From assembly GCA_013265495.1 (NCBI GenBank), contig MU057403.1, positions 287,965 through 351,964 on the forward strand: a stretch of DNA of 64,000 nt. Reading direction: 5' to 3'. A program made the translations under genes and the position numbers. The notes below the pieces were generated by a model that was not told the origin of the DNA, did not search any database, and saw only the letters and a list, made by a program, of their open reading frames with translations. This document shows positions 37,536 through 52,044 of this stretch, piece after piece; the stretch's first letter is position 1; each line of letters opens with the position of its first letter. The DNA comes from Vicugna vicugna. Taxonomy: Eukaryota.

Positions 37536-37911
37536 ATTCTATCAACAGAAGACTAAATTTCGCAAGTATATAAAGAGAAGCATCTTCTTAGGAATTTCTG
37601 GCAAACTACTTACAAATTGTAATGGCAAAAAAAAAATCTAATTCTAAAACACCTCAATGACCATGCTTCTTAACTGCATTCTAGCAAACTAAAGAACTTT
37701 GAGGTATGGGATTAGGTTAACAAGTGATCTTAGCATCACTTTTCAAAACAGCTCTACCCTGCAGAATTCATTAAGCAACTATCTATACGCCAACACTGTG
37801 CTCTGGGCATAAAGAGATGAAAGGTTGTTCCTGCCCTCAAGGGGCTTACAGTCTGTTAAAAAAAAAAAAAGAGAGAAAAGACAAAACAGCCTATAATGTA
37901 AAATGTGGGTT

Positions 37912-38152
37912 GGATGTAAGGGTGATCCGGCTGCGACATCTGTCTCCCCACTGATCACCAGGCTTGATTTGGCTGATCTCTGGCTGACCAGGCAGTTGTC
38001 CCCTTCCTCCCTCACCACTCCACGTGCGTCCCTCCTGAAGCTGCACGCTGGGTCTAAGAGGACCACCATCCCCAATAGAGGAGGACCGTTCTTCTTGGCT
38101 GAGGATATACAAGTAACTGTGCTCCCCTGCTAGAACCTCCAAACAAGCTCCC
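37912..38152 (+). pseudogene. RN7SK: 7SK snRNA retropseudogene, 3'-truncated at about nt 240
   Basis: ggatgtaagggtgatccggctgcgacatctgtc...cccttcctccctcacc...ctcccctgctagaacctccaaacaagctc matches 7SK with CpG decay; possible TSD aaatgtg. Confidence 0.92.
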
Positions 38153-41100
38153 AGAAATGTGTGCACCAAGTCCTTCGTGAGGATGCTATGGTGGGGTGGG
38201 GGGGAGCACAGGAGAAGGGCAGCTAACCCAGGAAAAATTCTGTTGGGGGGGGCAGGCTGGAGCTGAGTCTTGACAGAGCTGAGTCTTCATGTAAGTGGAG
38301 AAGATGGGATGGGGTGTGCTGGGCAGAGGCAACTGCAGCCTCGGGCACCCAGTTCTGGAGGATTTGGGGAAACTCCAAGTAGTTCTGTTCAGCTGGCACA
38401 CAGGCATCTATCTTTTGAGAAGTGATGAACGTGAGGTTGGAGCTCTAGCCAGAGCCTGGATTACAAAACAGAGGGAGACACAAAACAAATGTGTGATGGG
38501 CATTCTGATTGGGGCACGTGTGTCAGGAGGAAAGAGTCAGACAGTACATACATGTCGCCACATTAAAGTTCACATTTAACTCCAGGTATTTAATAGTAGT
38601 TTTCCTAAAAAAGGCTCTCAAAGTATTACAGGGTAATTATAATAAATATATCTGACTGAAACATTGTGCTGTACACCCAAAATTGATATGACATTGTGAA
38701 CTGTATACTTCAAAAAAAGAAAAAAGTAAAAAAAAAAAGGAATAAATAATACTTTGGTTCTGATCAGTTTTGATTAGATTAATTGAATTGATGCATTAAT
38801 TATAGACTGAAAGTTACACACTTCTGGGTTTTGTTTTGGTTTTTTTTTTGTATTGGGTCAGCTTAATGGAACAATGAATGATTTTTAAAATTGCAAACAT
38901 ATCTTTCTTTTTGAGAGTTCCTATATCTGATTCTTTCTTCCTGTTTCAAGGTACTTAAATCATTTTGTCAGCTCCATAAGGCCCTCCCACTGTCTGAGGG
39001 CAAGCAGCCTTGAACAATAATTGCAAGATTTTTAGAGAAAATTCCCAGCCTTTGGAGCAGAGGCGACAGCCTCTCATGTCCTCCCAATGGATTGATGGTT
39101 AGTGGCTGCCAAGGACTCGGAATCGTGCCAAGGTCGTTAGTGGTGTCTGCATGGACATGAGATAGCCCATGGCATGTGACGCTAAGTGTCTCCATCCCTG
39201 CTGAGGAGGATATAATCTGACAATTCAATCTGGTGGTAATGCCAAGAAATGTGACCCCCTCTTTTAGCCTTCTCCCCAAAGTCTTTGAAGGCTCCAAATT
39301 TTCTGAACTGCATCGACTTTTAAAGTCTTTGAACCATAAAAGACATAGGGCTAAATTTTAACACATGAATGCATCCCAGGGCCATAAACTCTCAGACTTC
39401 CTTTTTCTTGCTCTAGACCTTCATTTGGCTGTTAGACAGGTTACCTGTGTCTGCCAAACAGCCACCTGGGGTAACTGGCTGTAGACTCGTCAACCAATAA
39501 TGCTCCTTCTGTATGATACTGGACAGGGTATTTTTAAAGGCTTGTCGATATGATACTTTGACACTAAAATTAGGAATTTTTGCTCAGCTGAAAAAAAAGA
39601 GTCTAAATAGGAAGAAGGGGCATGGCAGGTAAAAAATTAGAATAGTGTTTTTTAAAAATTGAAATAAAATTGATGTATAACTTTATATTATTTTCAGGTG
39701 TACAAGATGATTCAGCACAAGTATATATTGCAAAATGATCACCACAATAAGTCTAGTTAGCATCCTTACTGAAAGAGAAAGAATAAAATCAGGGTTATAT
39801 GCATGGGAGCTACAATGTTCTAACTTGGAATTTTTGCGTGACAAAGCGCCAGCTTAATTTGTACTAATTGCTTGCTAATGCTAATTAGAAATCCTCAAAC
39901 TGAAAGTCAGGGAGTAGTGGAGTAAAACCAGCTCCTCTGATAGTATATCCAGCTCACTCCAGATAGTGACTCAGGGACCCAGCCTTCTTTGATTCCCTAC
40001 CTGTACCATGTTTCATACATGGCTTCCATGATCAATGTGCCTGTCTACCGCAGAGCAGGAGAGACACACAGATTCACATGTAGGACGTTTTTATGGGCCA
40101 GATGTGGCTGTGGAATTCACAGATACACTGTTGGCACTTAGTCACAGAGCCAAAGCAAATGGTGAAGGATGCTGGTGTCCAGGAAGCAGAGGAAACAAGT
40201 TGATGAAGAACTTTCTTATTTCTCAATGGAAATACATACCACAGATTTGGTTTCACTATAAGGTGCCTATGGGCTGGTACCGATTTACAAAAGGGTCCCC
40301 ATTTTTATTTTTTAAAAATATATTGTAAATCAAAGAAAATTTGAAGGGAAAAAAGCCCATAATTACACTCTATATTTTAATATATTTGTAATTACATAAT
40401 TTTTTTACTTAAGTCATTTTCAGATGTATGCATAGCAATTATAATTATTCAGGATAGCTATATCGTATTTCATGGGACCGATATTATTCATGTAATTCTT
40501 CTCTTTTTTGGAATATTAATTTGATTTGATTCTAAGCTTTCCCCCTCCACTTAAATGTATAAATAAGGCTGCAGTGGGTAAATTCCAGCAGATGATATTT
40601 TTATCTCTTAAATTGTTTTCTTGTAAGTCTGTCGTTGCATTATTGTATAAATAATTCTGAAGTGAACACATTTCAGAAGATAGTTTTTTCTTCCATTGTA
40701 TTATTTCCTTAGAATAAATATCGATCAATTACATGACTGAGTTCAATAGTATGAGTGTTAGAGTAATTCGGGATGCATTTTTTGTCATGTTGCTTTTCCG
40801 ACATTTATACTAATGTTCAATTCTATGAATTTTACTCTTTTATTCCAGCCTCACCAGCATTTGTAAAATGTTTTCTGAAACTAATTTAATAGGTGTAAAA
40901 TGGTACTTCAGAGCTGTCTTAATATTGATTACTAAAATGAACATTTTTTCATTGTTTGCATCTATGGGATGCTTGATGTTTTCTGTACAGATTTGAAAGA
41001 GCTGTTTCTCTGGTAGAAATATTTATCGTTGTCTGTTGGTTTTGCTGCAATTTCCTTTCCCTCTCTCTGTCTCTTGTGATTGTAGGTTTCCCATGCCCAC

Positions 41101-42072
41101 CTCCCAGTGGGCACAAGTGCTTCAGTGTGTACACAAGCTGTTTATATTTTCCTTTGTGATCTTTTGCTCTAAAATTTGCAACCGTAGAAATCCGTGGAGA
41201 ATAGGATCTATCTGAGGCTTTGTGTTTTGGTCCGTTGGTCCACGTGTTTATTTCTGTATGAATTCTGCACAATAGAGAGTTGAAAGATATTACAGAGATG
41301 GGGGGATGATGTGTATGATGAAAGGATAAACCAACCACTTAATTTTCTGCATGCAATTTTGTGATTAGGTTGATTGAAATCTCTCAGATAATGGATGAGT
41401 ATGTGTGAGCATCTGAGTGTGAATGTGTCTCTGTCAGAAAGAGGCAGGGGTGAGGAAGGACAAAGGAGGTGGTGATAAAGTGTGGGGGGACTGGGACAGA
41501 GCTAGTGAGCTGGGAAATTGTTTGATGTTCATGCAGTAATTATTCCACATTTCTGTACTGACTTCATGGATTCCAAGCAGTTTCTGAATTGTCAGACTTG
41601 ATAGAGCATAATTTTGTATTTGATTATTAATATCAGATTTAAACAAGGCTTCAAAATGAGTCATTCATGGCAATGAATTGAATTCAGGTTCTCGTATTTC
41701 CCCTAAAATTAATCAAGTGAACAACCTAGAAAGGCATTAAAATTAAGGACGTGCAAAAATGCTATCAGGAAGGTAGCAGTGTGGTGTTTAATAAAATAAT
41801 TTTGTTTTTCAGGAAGACATGGGATAAATGACTTTTTGAATAAATGCTGCAATAATTTTGTGCAGAATTCATACTTTCTTATGCTGAAAGACAAAAAAAG
41901 AATTACTTCAAGTGCAAAGAAATTTATAGTTCAGTTATAAGAATGCATTGAGAAGTAGATTTATAGCTGCCTGAGGCTTATATAAATTTATAATGAAGGG
42001 AATTTAGAAGTAAAGCAGTGTAGACTTGATCTATTCAATGTTGCGATCATTCAGAAAGACTCTACAGATTTC

Positions 42073-42374
42073 TTTTTTTTTAATTGAAGTACAGTCAATC
42101 ACAATGTGTCAGTTTCTGGAGTACAGCACAATATCCCAGTGATGCATATACATATATATATTCATTTTCACTTTTTTCCATTAAAAGTTATTACAAGATA
42201 TTTAACTTAGTTCCCTGTGCTATACAAAAGAAACTTTTAAAATCTATTTTTATATATAGTAGCTTACATTTGTAAATCTCAAACTCCCAAATTTATCCCT
42301 CCCCCCTCTTTCCCTGGTAACCATAAGATTGTTTACCATGTCTGAGTCTGTTTCTCTTTTATAGATGAGTTAAC
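42073..42374 (-). mobile_element. Young L1 3' end with TSD
   Basis: poly(T), aattgaagtacagtcaatcacaatgtgtcagtttctgg; TSD acagatttctt. Confidence 0.8.
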
Positions 42375-43684
42375 ACAGATTTCTTGATAATATAAAACTT
42401 GACTGCAACAGAATTATTGGAAGTGTATCGAATCTAGGCAGAATCCAGAACCTAGCACAATCCAGGGTAAAAGAGGTTCTTTTGTGTGGTGAATACACAG
42501 AGGCATGATACACAAAAAATGCCACCTATTCAGTCTAGTTCATGGTCTGGTCATGTCCCCTGCCAAAGCTTTTCTGGGAAACCGTAAAAAGAAAATGATT
42601 TGTTGGCCTAGCTTCTGACTTGACTTCATTGCTCTCTGTGGGGGATCACTTTACATTTCCTTAATTGCAGGGACAACTCATATGGTTGGCAGTTGTTTGA
42701 ATTGAGAAATGGATTTTAATGAACTACAGTTTCTGTTGCTCAGCTGGAATTGAAGTAGTCATGGGCTAAATTAACAGTCATGGTCAAAACTAAGATGACA
42801 ACTGTGTCACAGAAAAGGAAAGGGTTTATTTTGTGCTCCTATATTAGGATCATGCTCTTAAAATGATGGGTTTTGCAACTTCACACTTTTGAGTTATTTT
42901 GCTATTCTTTTTAAGGTACCAGAAGTCTCCTCCAAGGTAGTTTTGGAAACCTCAGATGTCAGGATAAGGAGAGCAATATGGCTGAAAGTTATTCATTATT
43001 AATCAGAAAATAATTTATATTCATCTTGCGATTTAGAGTACATCATTTTAGGTTTTTCTTCATCATGGCCAAATGCAATAGGTCATTAACATTATTCCTC
43101 TTGAACCTCTAAGGATACAAATGCAGGTAAAAGTTAAGTCACACAAACCCATAGAATAAAAACTGGAGTTATATTCCCTAATTTAATTTAATGTATAGTG
43201 TAGCTTCTGCTTCTACTTTGTGCATCACAAACCTTTCTTCAGGCATTTTGAGAGCACTTTTTATGAGACATTATACAAATTAAAATCAATAGTATTCAGT
43301 TTGTTTTTGTTCCTTTTTAGTTCGTTACTTCCTAAGGAAGTGGACTTGCCCAATACTGTAGTGGAAGACTGTTAATGATGTGTTTTAAATGCATTTCTAC
43401 TCATTTATCATTTTGATAAATAGACTTAGATTTAATATGTCATATAGTTTAGTCTCTTGAAAAGCCTTATAGCAATCTTGCAGTGGAGAGTGAAAATGTT
43501 GTGACTTAAGTTTAAAATGCACTATCTTTCCAAAGGTGTAGAGGAAATAAAATGAAAGAAAAATCTGGTGAGAAAAACTCATCACAAAAAAGTCTCTGCC
43601 CTTCTTTTTTCTTGTCAATTTGCATCTTATTTCCTGTGATAAAATATATAAAGATATATTCGCTGTAAATATCTCTTGTATTTA

Positions 43685-43793
43685 AGGGATTAAGTCACCC
43701 CAGTTTGCTGAAGACGTTGCATGTTTTAGCACTGAAAGTACCTCTTCCTGGGAAACTCAGTCACAGGCGATTTAGGATGGTTGATCATCCTAC
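43685..43793 (-). mobile_element. MER81-like hAT DNA transposon remnant
   Basis: ttttagcactgaaagt...cctgggaaac...ggatggttgatcatccta. Confidence 0.6.
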
Positions 43794-44269
43794 TTGTATA
43801 TGAAAGTCCCACAGGTAGAGAAGAGTTCAGGACTGGCTTGCTTCAGGGCTCAAATCATGTCACCTGGATCCCGCCTCTCAGGTCTACCTTTGGATAGGTT
43901 ACATTCTCAGGATTGACAGAATGGCTACTGGTAGATAGTTTCAGATCCCTGGGACTCATTTCCTCATTTTCAGTAAAATAAGTCAAACTTCACACCTTAT
44001 ATTCACTCCATCAAAACTAGTGGAAGTAGAAAAAGTATCTATCTTCCAGAGGCCCTCAGGCATCACTGGATTAGGTGGGGTTATGTGTCTGCCCTTGAGT
44101 CAGTTACCAAGGATGTATTAATTTGGGTCCATTTCTGGAGCTAGAGATGAAGTTGATACAATTTCCTAAGAAACTTTGTTGTCCTTAAAGAGATGGGAAG
44201 TATTATTGGCTGTCAAACAGCAATATTTCATCCTTTTACCTTACTAACAATTAAGAAAAAGTGTAGGGA

Positions 44270-45790
44270 ACTTTTGCCTCTGGAGAGGATGCAGTAAGTA
44301 GTGGCAGGTCATGGCTCCTGAGATAAGAATTACGGAGAAAAGCAGATAAATTAATCATACATTTAAAGGCCTTAGAGAACTAATCAAAGAGGACGACATC
44401 AGTGATTCTTAAACTCTAACATATATCAGAATCACCTGGAGGGCTTGTTGAAGCAGTTACTGTGTTTCACTCTGTAGAGTTTCTGATTTCTGTATGTGTG
44501 AGTTGGAGCCAGGGAATTTTTGTTTTTAACAAGTTCCCAGATGCTGCGGATTTAGGGACCACACTGGACTAGATGACATAAAATTTCAGGGAGGGAAGAG
44601 CCCTTCCTAATAAGCACAGATTGCTGCCAAGTTTCTTCCCAAGGGACATTTGCTGAATCTGGCTAAAGACTGAAGATTTGGCTTGGTGTAAGCAGAGAAA
44701 TGCCACTGGTGGAAAGAGAAGCCAGTGAAATTTTTGATAGCTGTGTAAGCTGGCATAACAGAATGGAATGCAGAAGCTCCCCAAACACTTGGCCATTTTT
44801 ACCCAGAGGGTGTTTTCATGGGAGAGCCAAGAGCTGGCTGGAAAGGTAGAGTGAAATCTCCTTCATTTTAAAGAGGCTTAGCATACAGAGTCTTTGTGAA
44901 AAGATGGGCCTGCCAAAAGAAATCAAATTGCAAACCAAGGTGAATGACATACAGGTTGAATCAAGCTCTAAATAGCTTGTTTCTGATTGAATTGAGATGA
45001 TCAGTTCCTTGCACTATTTGCCTAAGAAAGAGCAAATAGGTACACTCCCTAGGAGATAAAAACATCACTTTTAATCTTTATGTTTCTTCAATATACCACG
45101 TCTAGCATATAGTTTTAAAAAGAGATCCATTAAAAGAGATGGGAAAATGTGACCAATAATCAAGAGAAAAAATAGACAACAGAAGGAGACTTATGGATGA
45201 TGCAGATGTTGGAATTCACAGTCAGGGACTTTAAATATGTTAAAGAAAATAGGGGAAAAGAAGGCAAAATGGAATAAAAGATGGAGAATTTCAACAAGGA
45301 AATGGCATCTATTTAAAAAAGCGAATCAAACGTACATACCAGAACTTTAAAAATACTTTGAAATTAGGACCTCATTGCACAGATGTAAGAGGAGACTTAG
45401 TGCAGCAGAAAACACACTTACTTCCTTGAATGCAGATGAATAGAAAATATTTAAACTGAAACAAAGAGAGGGAATAAAATTAAAGAACCAAACATTAAAA
45501 AAAAAATAGGTGAGACACCTATGTAATTGAGAAAGAGAGGAGGGGGAGAGTGGATCGAAAGCAATACCTGAAGAGATAATGGTCAAGAATTATTTAAAAA
45601 CTGAAGACAAATATGAAGAAGTTCAGCAAATCCCCACAGAATAGAAACAAAGAAAATCACATCCCCACACATAAGAGTCAAGCTCTTGACAAACCTAAAG
45701 ATTATCTTGAACAAAAGAGAATATCTTAAAATCTGTTAGAGATAAAAAAAAAAAAGACACATTGCATTAAAAAGAGCACCAATAAAAGTG
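44270..45790 (+). mobile_element. Old L1M 5' UTR/ORF1 remnant
   Basis: A-rich ORF1-like sequence: atgtgaccaataatcaagagaaaaa...atggagaatttcaaca...gaagagataatgg. Confidence 0.6.
44398..44578. mobile_element. MER5A-like DNA transposon
   Basis: cagtgattctt...atcagaatcacctggagggcttgtt...aacaagttccca...gggaccacact. Confidence 0.75.
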
Positions 45791-45834
45791 ACTAAATTAG
45801 GGGTTGGCAAACTATAGTCAACCACCTGGTCCTG

Positions 45835-48830
45835 GACATTTCCTGGTAGTTTTTGATTACTGATTCAGAATCCTCTCTCATAATCTATCTGTTCAGATTT
45901 TTTTGTTTCTTCTTGATTCAGTCTAGGTGGGTTGCATATTTCTCAGAATTTCTTGATTTCTTTTAGGTTATCCAATTTATTGGTGTATAATTGTTATAGT
46001 AGTTTTGTATCATCCTTTTTATTTCTGTGCTGTCGGTTGTAATGTCTTCATTCATTTCTGATCTTATTTATTTGAATAGTCTCTCCCTTTTTCTTATTCT
46101 AGCTAAAGTTTTGTCAATCAATTTAAAAAAAAAACCTTGCAGTTTCATTTCAAACTATTGTGGTCAGAAAAGATGTTTGATATTATTTCATTCTCTTTAA
46201 ATGTGTTAAGACTTATTTTCTGCCTAATATACAATCTATCTTGGAGAATGTTCTATATGTTCTTTAGAAGTGTATGTATTCTGCTGCTGTTGGGTGGAAT
46301 GCTCTGTTTATGTCTATAAGGTTCATCTGATCTCAGGTATAGTTCAAATCCAATATTTCCTTATTGTTTTTCTGTCTGGGTGATCTCTCCATTGTTGAAA
46401 GTAGGAATATTGAAGTCCCCCACTATTATTGTATTACATCTATTTCTCCCTGAAGATCTGTTAATATTTGCTTTATAGATTTAGGCACTCCAATGTTGGA
46501 TACACGAATATTTACAATTGTTATAGCCTCATGAAGAATCGACTCTTTTATTGTTACATAATGATCTTCTTTGTCACTTGTTACAGTTTTTCACTTAAAG
46601 TCTATTTTATGTGATATAAGTGTAGCTACCCTGCTCTCTTTTGTTTTGCATTTGTATAGAGTATCTTTTTCCATCCCTTCACTTCCAGTCTGTGTATGCC
46701 CTTAAAAGCTGAAGGGAGTCTCTTATAGGCAGCACATAATTGGTAGCTGCTTTTAAATCCATTCAGCCATACTATGTCTTTTGATAGGAGAATTTAGTCG
46801 ATTTACATTTAGAGTGATTATTGATAGTTATGGACTTAATATTGCCATTTTGTTAATTATTTTCTGACTGTTTTGTAGCTCCTTTTTCCTCTTTACCTTT
46901 GTGATTTAATGATTTTCTGTGGTGGTATGTTTTGATTCCTTTGCCTCTATCTTTTGTGTATCTACTATAGGTTTTTGTTTTGTAGTTACCATAAGGCTTA
47001 CATAAAACATCTTGCAGGTATAATAGTCTATCTTAAGCTGATAACAACTTAACTTCAATGGCATACAAAACTTTACTTTTCTTTTACTAATTCCCCACAT
47101 TTCATGTTTTTAATGTCACAATTCACATCTTTTTACATTATGCATCCATAAAAATTATTGTAGGTGTAGTTATTTTTGATACTTTTAGCTTCTAACCTTT
47201 ATACTAGAGTTGTGAGTGATTTACACACCACCACTGCAACATTAAAATATTCTGATTTTAGCTATATATTTATCTTAACAAGTGAGTTTTATATTTTCAT
47301 ATGTTTTTCATGATACTAATGAAATATTTTTGTTTCTCCTTAAATAGCTCCCTTGATTATTTCTTATAAGTGTGATCTAGTGCTGATCAACTCCTCCAGC
47401 TTTTGTTTGTCTAGGAATTTTGTTGTTGTTGTCATTGTTGGGGGAGGTAATTAAGTTATTTATTTATTTATTTATTTATTTAAATGGAGGTACTGGGGAT
47501 TGAACCCAGGACCTCATGCATGCTAAGCACACACCCTATCACTGAGCTATACCCTCCTCCCTGTCTAGGAAAATTTTTATCTCTCCTTCTGTTCTGAAGG
47601 ACAACTTTGCCAGGTATAATATTTTCTGTTGGCAGGCTTTTTTTTTTTTTCTTTCGGCACTTTAAATATATAATTCCATTCCCTTCTGGCCTCCAAAGTT
47701 TTGCTGAAGAATCCTCTGATTGTTTTATAGAGGTTCCCTTGTGCATAACAATTTGCATTTTTCTTGCTGCTTTTAAGATTCTCTCTTTGTCTTTAACTTT
47801 TGAGAGTTTAATTACATTGTGTCTCAGTGTGGGTCTCTTTGGGTTCATCTTCTACCCTCTGAGCTTCATGAATCTGGATGTCTGTTTCTTTCCTCAGATT
47901 TGAGAAATTATTATCCTTTTTTTCTTTTTTTGAAGAAGGATTCTGCCCTTTTCTTTCTTCTCCTTCTGGAACATTTATGATACATATATTGGTCCACTTT
48001 ACGGTGTTGCATAATTCCCTTACATTATCTTTACTCCTTTTATTATTTTTCTTTTTGCTCTTCTGGATGATTTCCACTGATATAACTTCAAGTATGGTGA
48101 TCCTTTCTTCCCCTTGGTCAAGTCTGCTGTTGAATCTCTCTATTGAATTTTTCAGTCCAGTTATCGTGCTCTTCAGTGCTATGATTTCTGTCTAGTACTT
48201 TTTAATATTTTCTATTTCTTTGTTAAAATTCTCACTTTGTTCATGCATTGCCCTTCTGACTTCAGTAGCATCTTTATGACTGTTATTTGAATGCTCTGTC
48301 AGATAAATCGCTTATCTCCCTTTCATTAAGATCGGTTTCTGGAGACTTATTCTGTTTGGGACACATCTTCCTGTTTCTTCACTTTCCTTTACTCTCTGTA
48401 TTAGTTTCTTCACATTAAATAAAACAGTCACCTCTCCGAGTTGCGATAGTCTGGCCTCATGCAGGTGTTGAACTTCTCCAATCAGCCCAGCCCAACTTCC
48501 TGGTTACCTCTTACACCTTTGTATTCATCCAAGCTGCTGTCTTTATTTGTAATGGCTCCTGGAAGAATAGGGTGTGCCAAGACTCATCAGTGTCCCGAAG
48601 GCATGAGAGTTGTCCATATGCCCATCCAGGCTCCTGGAAGATTTCTAATTGCCTGCCCCTTGGCTTCCTGATGCAGACTAATTGGAAGCCCGAGCTTCGA
48701 GCAATAACTGGAAATATCAGGACGTTAGATATGTGGTTTAGCCTTTGTCAGGGAGAAACTAGTAGCTGGGTGTTTGTCTACTTTCTCTGTGCTGAGCTGG
48801 AGGGAATAGCGGCTTGGAGTGCCTGTGTAC
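45835..48830 (-). mobile_element. L1 (5' UTR, ORF1, partial ORF2), degenerate
   Basis: ORF-track fragments resemble L1 ORF1p (NPKRPTLRHNVIKLSKVKDKERILKAAR; ETDIQIHEAQRV); endonuclease-region sequence at 46140-46860. Confidence 0.85.
47420..47561 (-). mobile_element. tRNA-Ala-derived SINE inserted in L1
   Basis: Full head and tail; TSD tgtctaggaa at 47408 and 47562. Confidence 0.9.
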
Positions 48831-49900
48831 TGGGAAGGGAATAAAAGAGCATCTCATGTTCTGGAAATGTTTTATATCTTGATCGGGGTGATACTTAAGT
48901 AAATATAAATAGATATAACCCTTTACTGAGTTATATAGTTGATATTCTTTACTGGATATATTCATGCCTCAATGAAAAGGGGAAGTATTTGCTCTAGTCT
49001 AGTCTACACTTCTAGAATAAAGTCAGTAAGTCAAGTCGAGAACAGTGAAAAGAACAAAGGAAGGGAAGACCTAGAAGTCATATTACAGCTCTCTTCAAAT
49101 GGTTAAAATGATGTTATTTAAATAGAGAATTTGCCTTATTTTATATGGTTTTTAATTGAAGACCAAGAACCAATAGGAAGAGTTAGAAGCAGAAAACAAT
49201 TTTTAAAAAATATTGTAGATTGTTTAACAGCTACACATTTCACCCATCCTGGTATGTGTGTCCCTCAGCAATGTGACATTGTCATCTTTCCTTTTCAGAA
49301 ATGGAGTCCTTTTCTTTCCTCCATTGCATCTGGGCTAGCCTGGTGGATTTGACTAGAAAAACATGGCAGAAGTGATGTTGTATGAGTCCTGGATCCTAAG
49401 TCTCAAGAGGCTCTGCAGTGTGTGCCTTTATTATTTGGGACCACTGCCCAGTCATGTTGACATATAGAATTAATTATCACAAAGGGGTTGTTGGAGGAGG
49501 GGAGAAGATGCAATGGTGCAATGGACAGTTTATGTAATTAAAATATTTACTACCTGACTGTTTACAGAAAATGTTTACGGACCCTTAATATGAAATATAG
49601 ACTACATTAATTCTTTGATATATTTCCTTCCAGTCTTTTTAAAGCATTTTTATTTATATAGTTGAAGTTGCATTGAACATACAATTGTATATCCTGCTTT
49701 CTCACTTAATATGAGCATAATTTCAAGTTATTGTTAGTCTTGGAAAATATTTACTAGGTTGATAATATTCTGTTACATGGATCGTCCAGTAATCCTCTTA
49801 GTTAGCTCACTGATGATTTAGCTAACCAAATTCACAAGCCACAGTGGAACTTCCTGATAATTTTATATGAGAGTGAAGTACACAGAGATGACAATGGACT

Positions 49901-50845
49901 CAACTATATAGGGTTTTGGGGTAAAAGTAAATGTCCTTAAAATCTCTAGTAACAGCTGAGAAGTTTAACTTAAGCCATGCACAATAATTTTATGGCAGAG
50001 AAGATTCTTGCTTTGCCTTGTCAAATATTACTACCTCATGCTGCAAAATCACCAAAGCATGCACATAACTCCCATTCACAGTGAGGATATATTTTGCTAA
50101 GGAAACCATTTTATCAAAATGCCTCCTAAGAGTATTGAGAAAGGACCTTAAATGCTAACAGTTTAGGTTTTAAGAAAGATCCAAAGAGTGAAAAAGCATT
50201 ATAAGCAGAGTGAAGAACTCAGGTCAGATTATGGTTTATCTTGTCACAGGAAAAGCTACTGAAAGAAATAAGTGACATGATTTGATAGCCTGCCAAGAGC
50301 TTTCTGAAGACAGAGTGAAGAATAATGGGCAAATATCACCACTGCCGTGCAGCGGCCCCCTCATAGGCCTCGCTGTGCGTACAGCCTCAGGGTCTGGTGG
50401 CGCGGCCCCCGGCAACCATATAGGGTTTGGGGGTAAAAATAAATGTCCTTAAAATCTCTAGTAACAGCTGAGAAGTTTAACGTAAGCCATGCACAATAAT
50501 TTTATGGCAGAGAAGATTCTTGCTTTGCCTTGTCAAATATTACTACCTCATGCTGCAAAATCACCAAAGCATGCACATAACTCCCATTCACAGTGAGGAT
50601 ATATTTTGCTAAGGAAACCATTTTATCAAAATGCCTCCTAAGAGTATTGAGAAAGGACCTTAAATGCTAACAGTTTAGGTTTTAAGAAAGATCCAAAGAG
50701 TGAAAAAGCATTATAAGCAGAGTGAAGAACTCAGGTCAGATTATGGTTATCTTGTCACAGGAAAAGCTACTGAAAGAAATAAGTGACATGATTTGATAGC
50801 CTGCCAAGAGCTTTCTGAAGACAGAGTGAAGAATAATGGGCAAAT
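49901..50845. repeat. Direct duplication (434/433 bp) separated by a 78-bp GC-rich insert
   Basis: 49901-50334 vs 50413-50845, about 4 substitutions and one 1-nt indel by eye. Confidence 0.95.
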
Positions 50846-52044
50846 CCAAAAAAAGAAAAAAGGAAAGAAAGAAAGGAAAGAAAAGAAAAGAAAGATAGGA
50901 AAAGCAGTACTTAGAATCATTTTATTCCAGGACAGTTATTTTTTGGTTGGTGTTCCTTTAAATAAAAAGTAAAACTTTGACATAGCCTAGACGTTCTTAT
51001 GTACGCACAAGAGCAATATATATTTTTTTAAATCTCTGCAAAAATAAGCCTCCAAGAGTCCTTTTTAAAGAGTTTTTTGAAAAATAAAAAATTTAAGTGG
51101 TAAAGAAGCACCGGAAAATAGTATATTTGAAAGCAAACATTCTTTCTTAGATGTATGGATGCTAATGATGCATCCTATTTATGGCATCTTAGACTGGGCT
51201 TCATAGAACTCTCCAAATAACAGTGGTTTAAATGAAATAGGGATTTATGTCTCTCTCCCCTACTACCTGCATATAAATGGTCTGGGACTGGCACAGTGAC
51301 TACTCAACAAGATCACGTGGAGATTGAGAGACTTCAGACCTGATTCTCAGCCATTCCTAAGGTGCTCCTCTCATCTACATGACTCATCACCACACTCTTG
51401 TGCCAAGCAGCAGGAAAAAGGAAGGTGGGCAAAGAAACGTGCCCTCTTCTGTAAGGATGTAGCCCACGTACGTGGGCATGAACCTAGGCACATAGATTCA
51501 CCAAACTAGGTGCAAGGGATGCTGGATTATGGTTCCTAAAAAGATTTTCATGTTTAAAAAGCACAGTAGCAAGAACTGACAGCAGGAAAGGAAAAAGTAG
51601 CTCAACAGATAGAGCAGAAAGTGCATGCTCAGTTGTTCTGAATTTTGACAGAAGCAATCCGTAGGGACTACCAAGAGCTACAAGATGGGGTGTTATCTTT
51701 GATTTTATGAGTAAGAGACCAGAGTTGAGAGCATTTATTAGAAAAAGCTTTTTTTTTTAATTTTTGTTGGTTACAAAGAAAGGGAAACTGCAGTGTTAGA
51801 ACAAAAAGAACAGGTGTGTTAGAGAGAGGAGTTCACTATGTATTCCATGTCAGGGTAAGATTTGTCTCTGACAATCATATATTAACTAACTTCAGAATGG
51901 TAACACTGAACTTTAAGGAGGGAAAAAGAAATGGAGAGAAAATACAAATGTGAAAGGAATGACATCCATAATTGATTTTTCTAGCATTGTTATAATCTTG
52001 AATAAGCATGCATAGAGTGCATTTGGTGTTAAAAAAATTAATAA

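Noticed and set aside
37912..38152. Functional 7SK gene
   Set aside because: 3' quarter and terminator missing, many substitutions, no evident upstream Pol III promoter
47480..48077. Intact L1 ORF1
   Set aside because: Fragmented over frames and interrupted by a SINE
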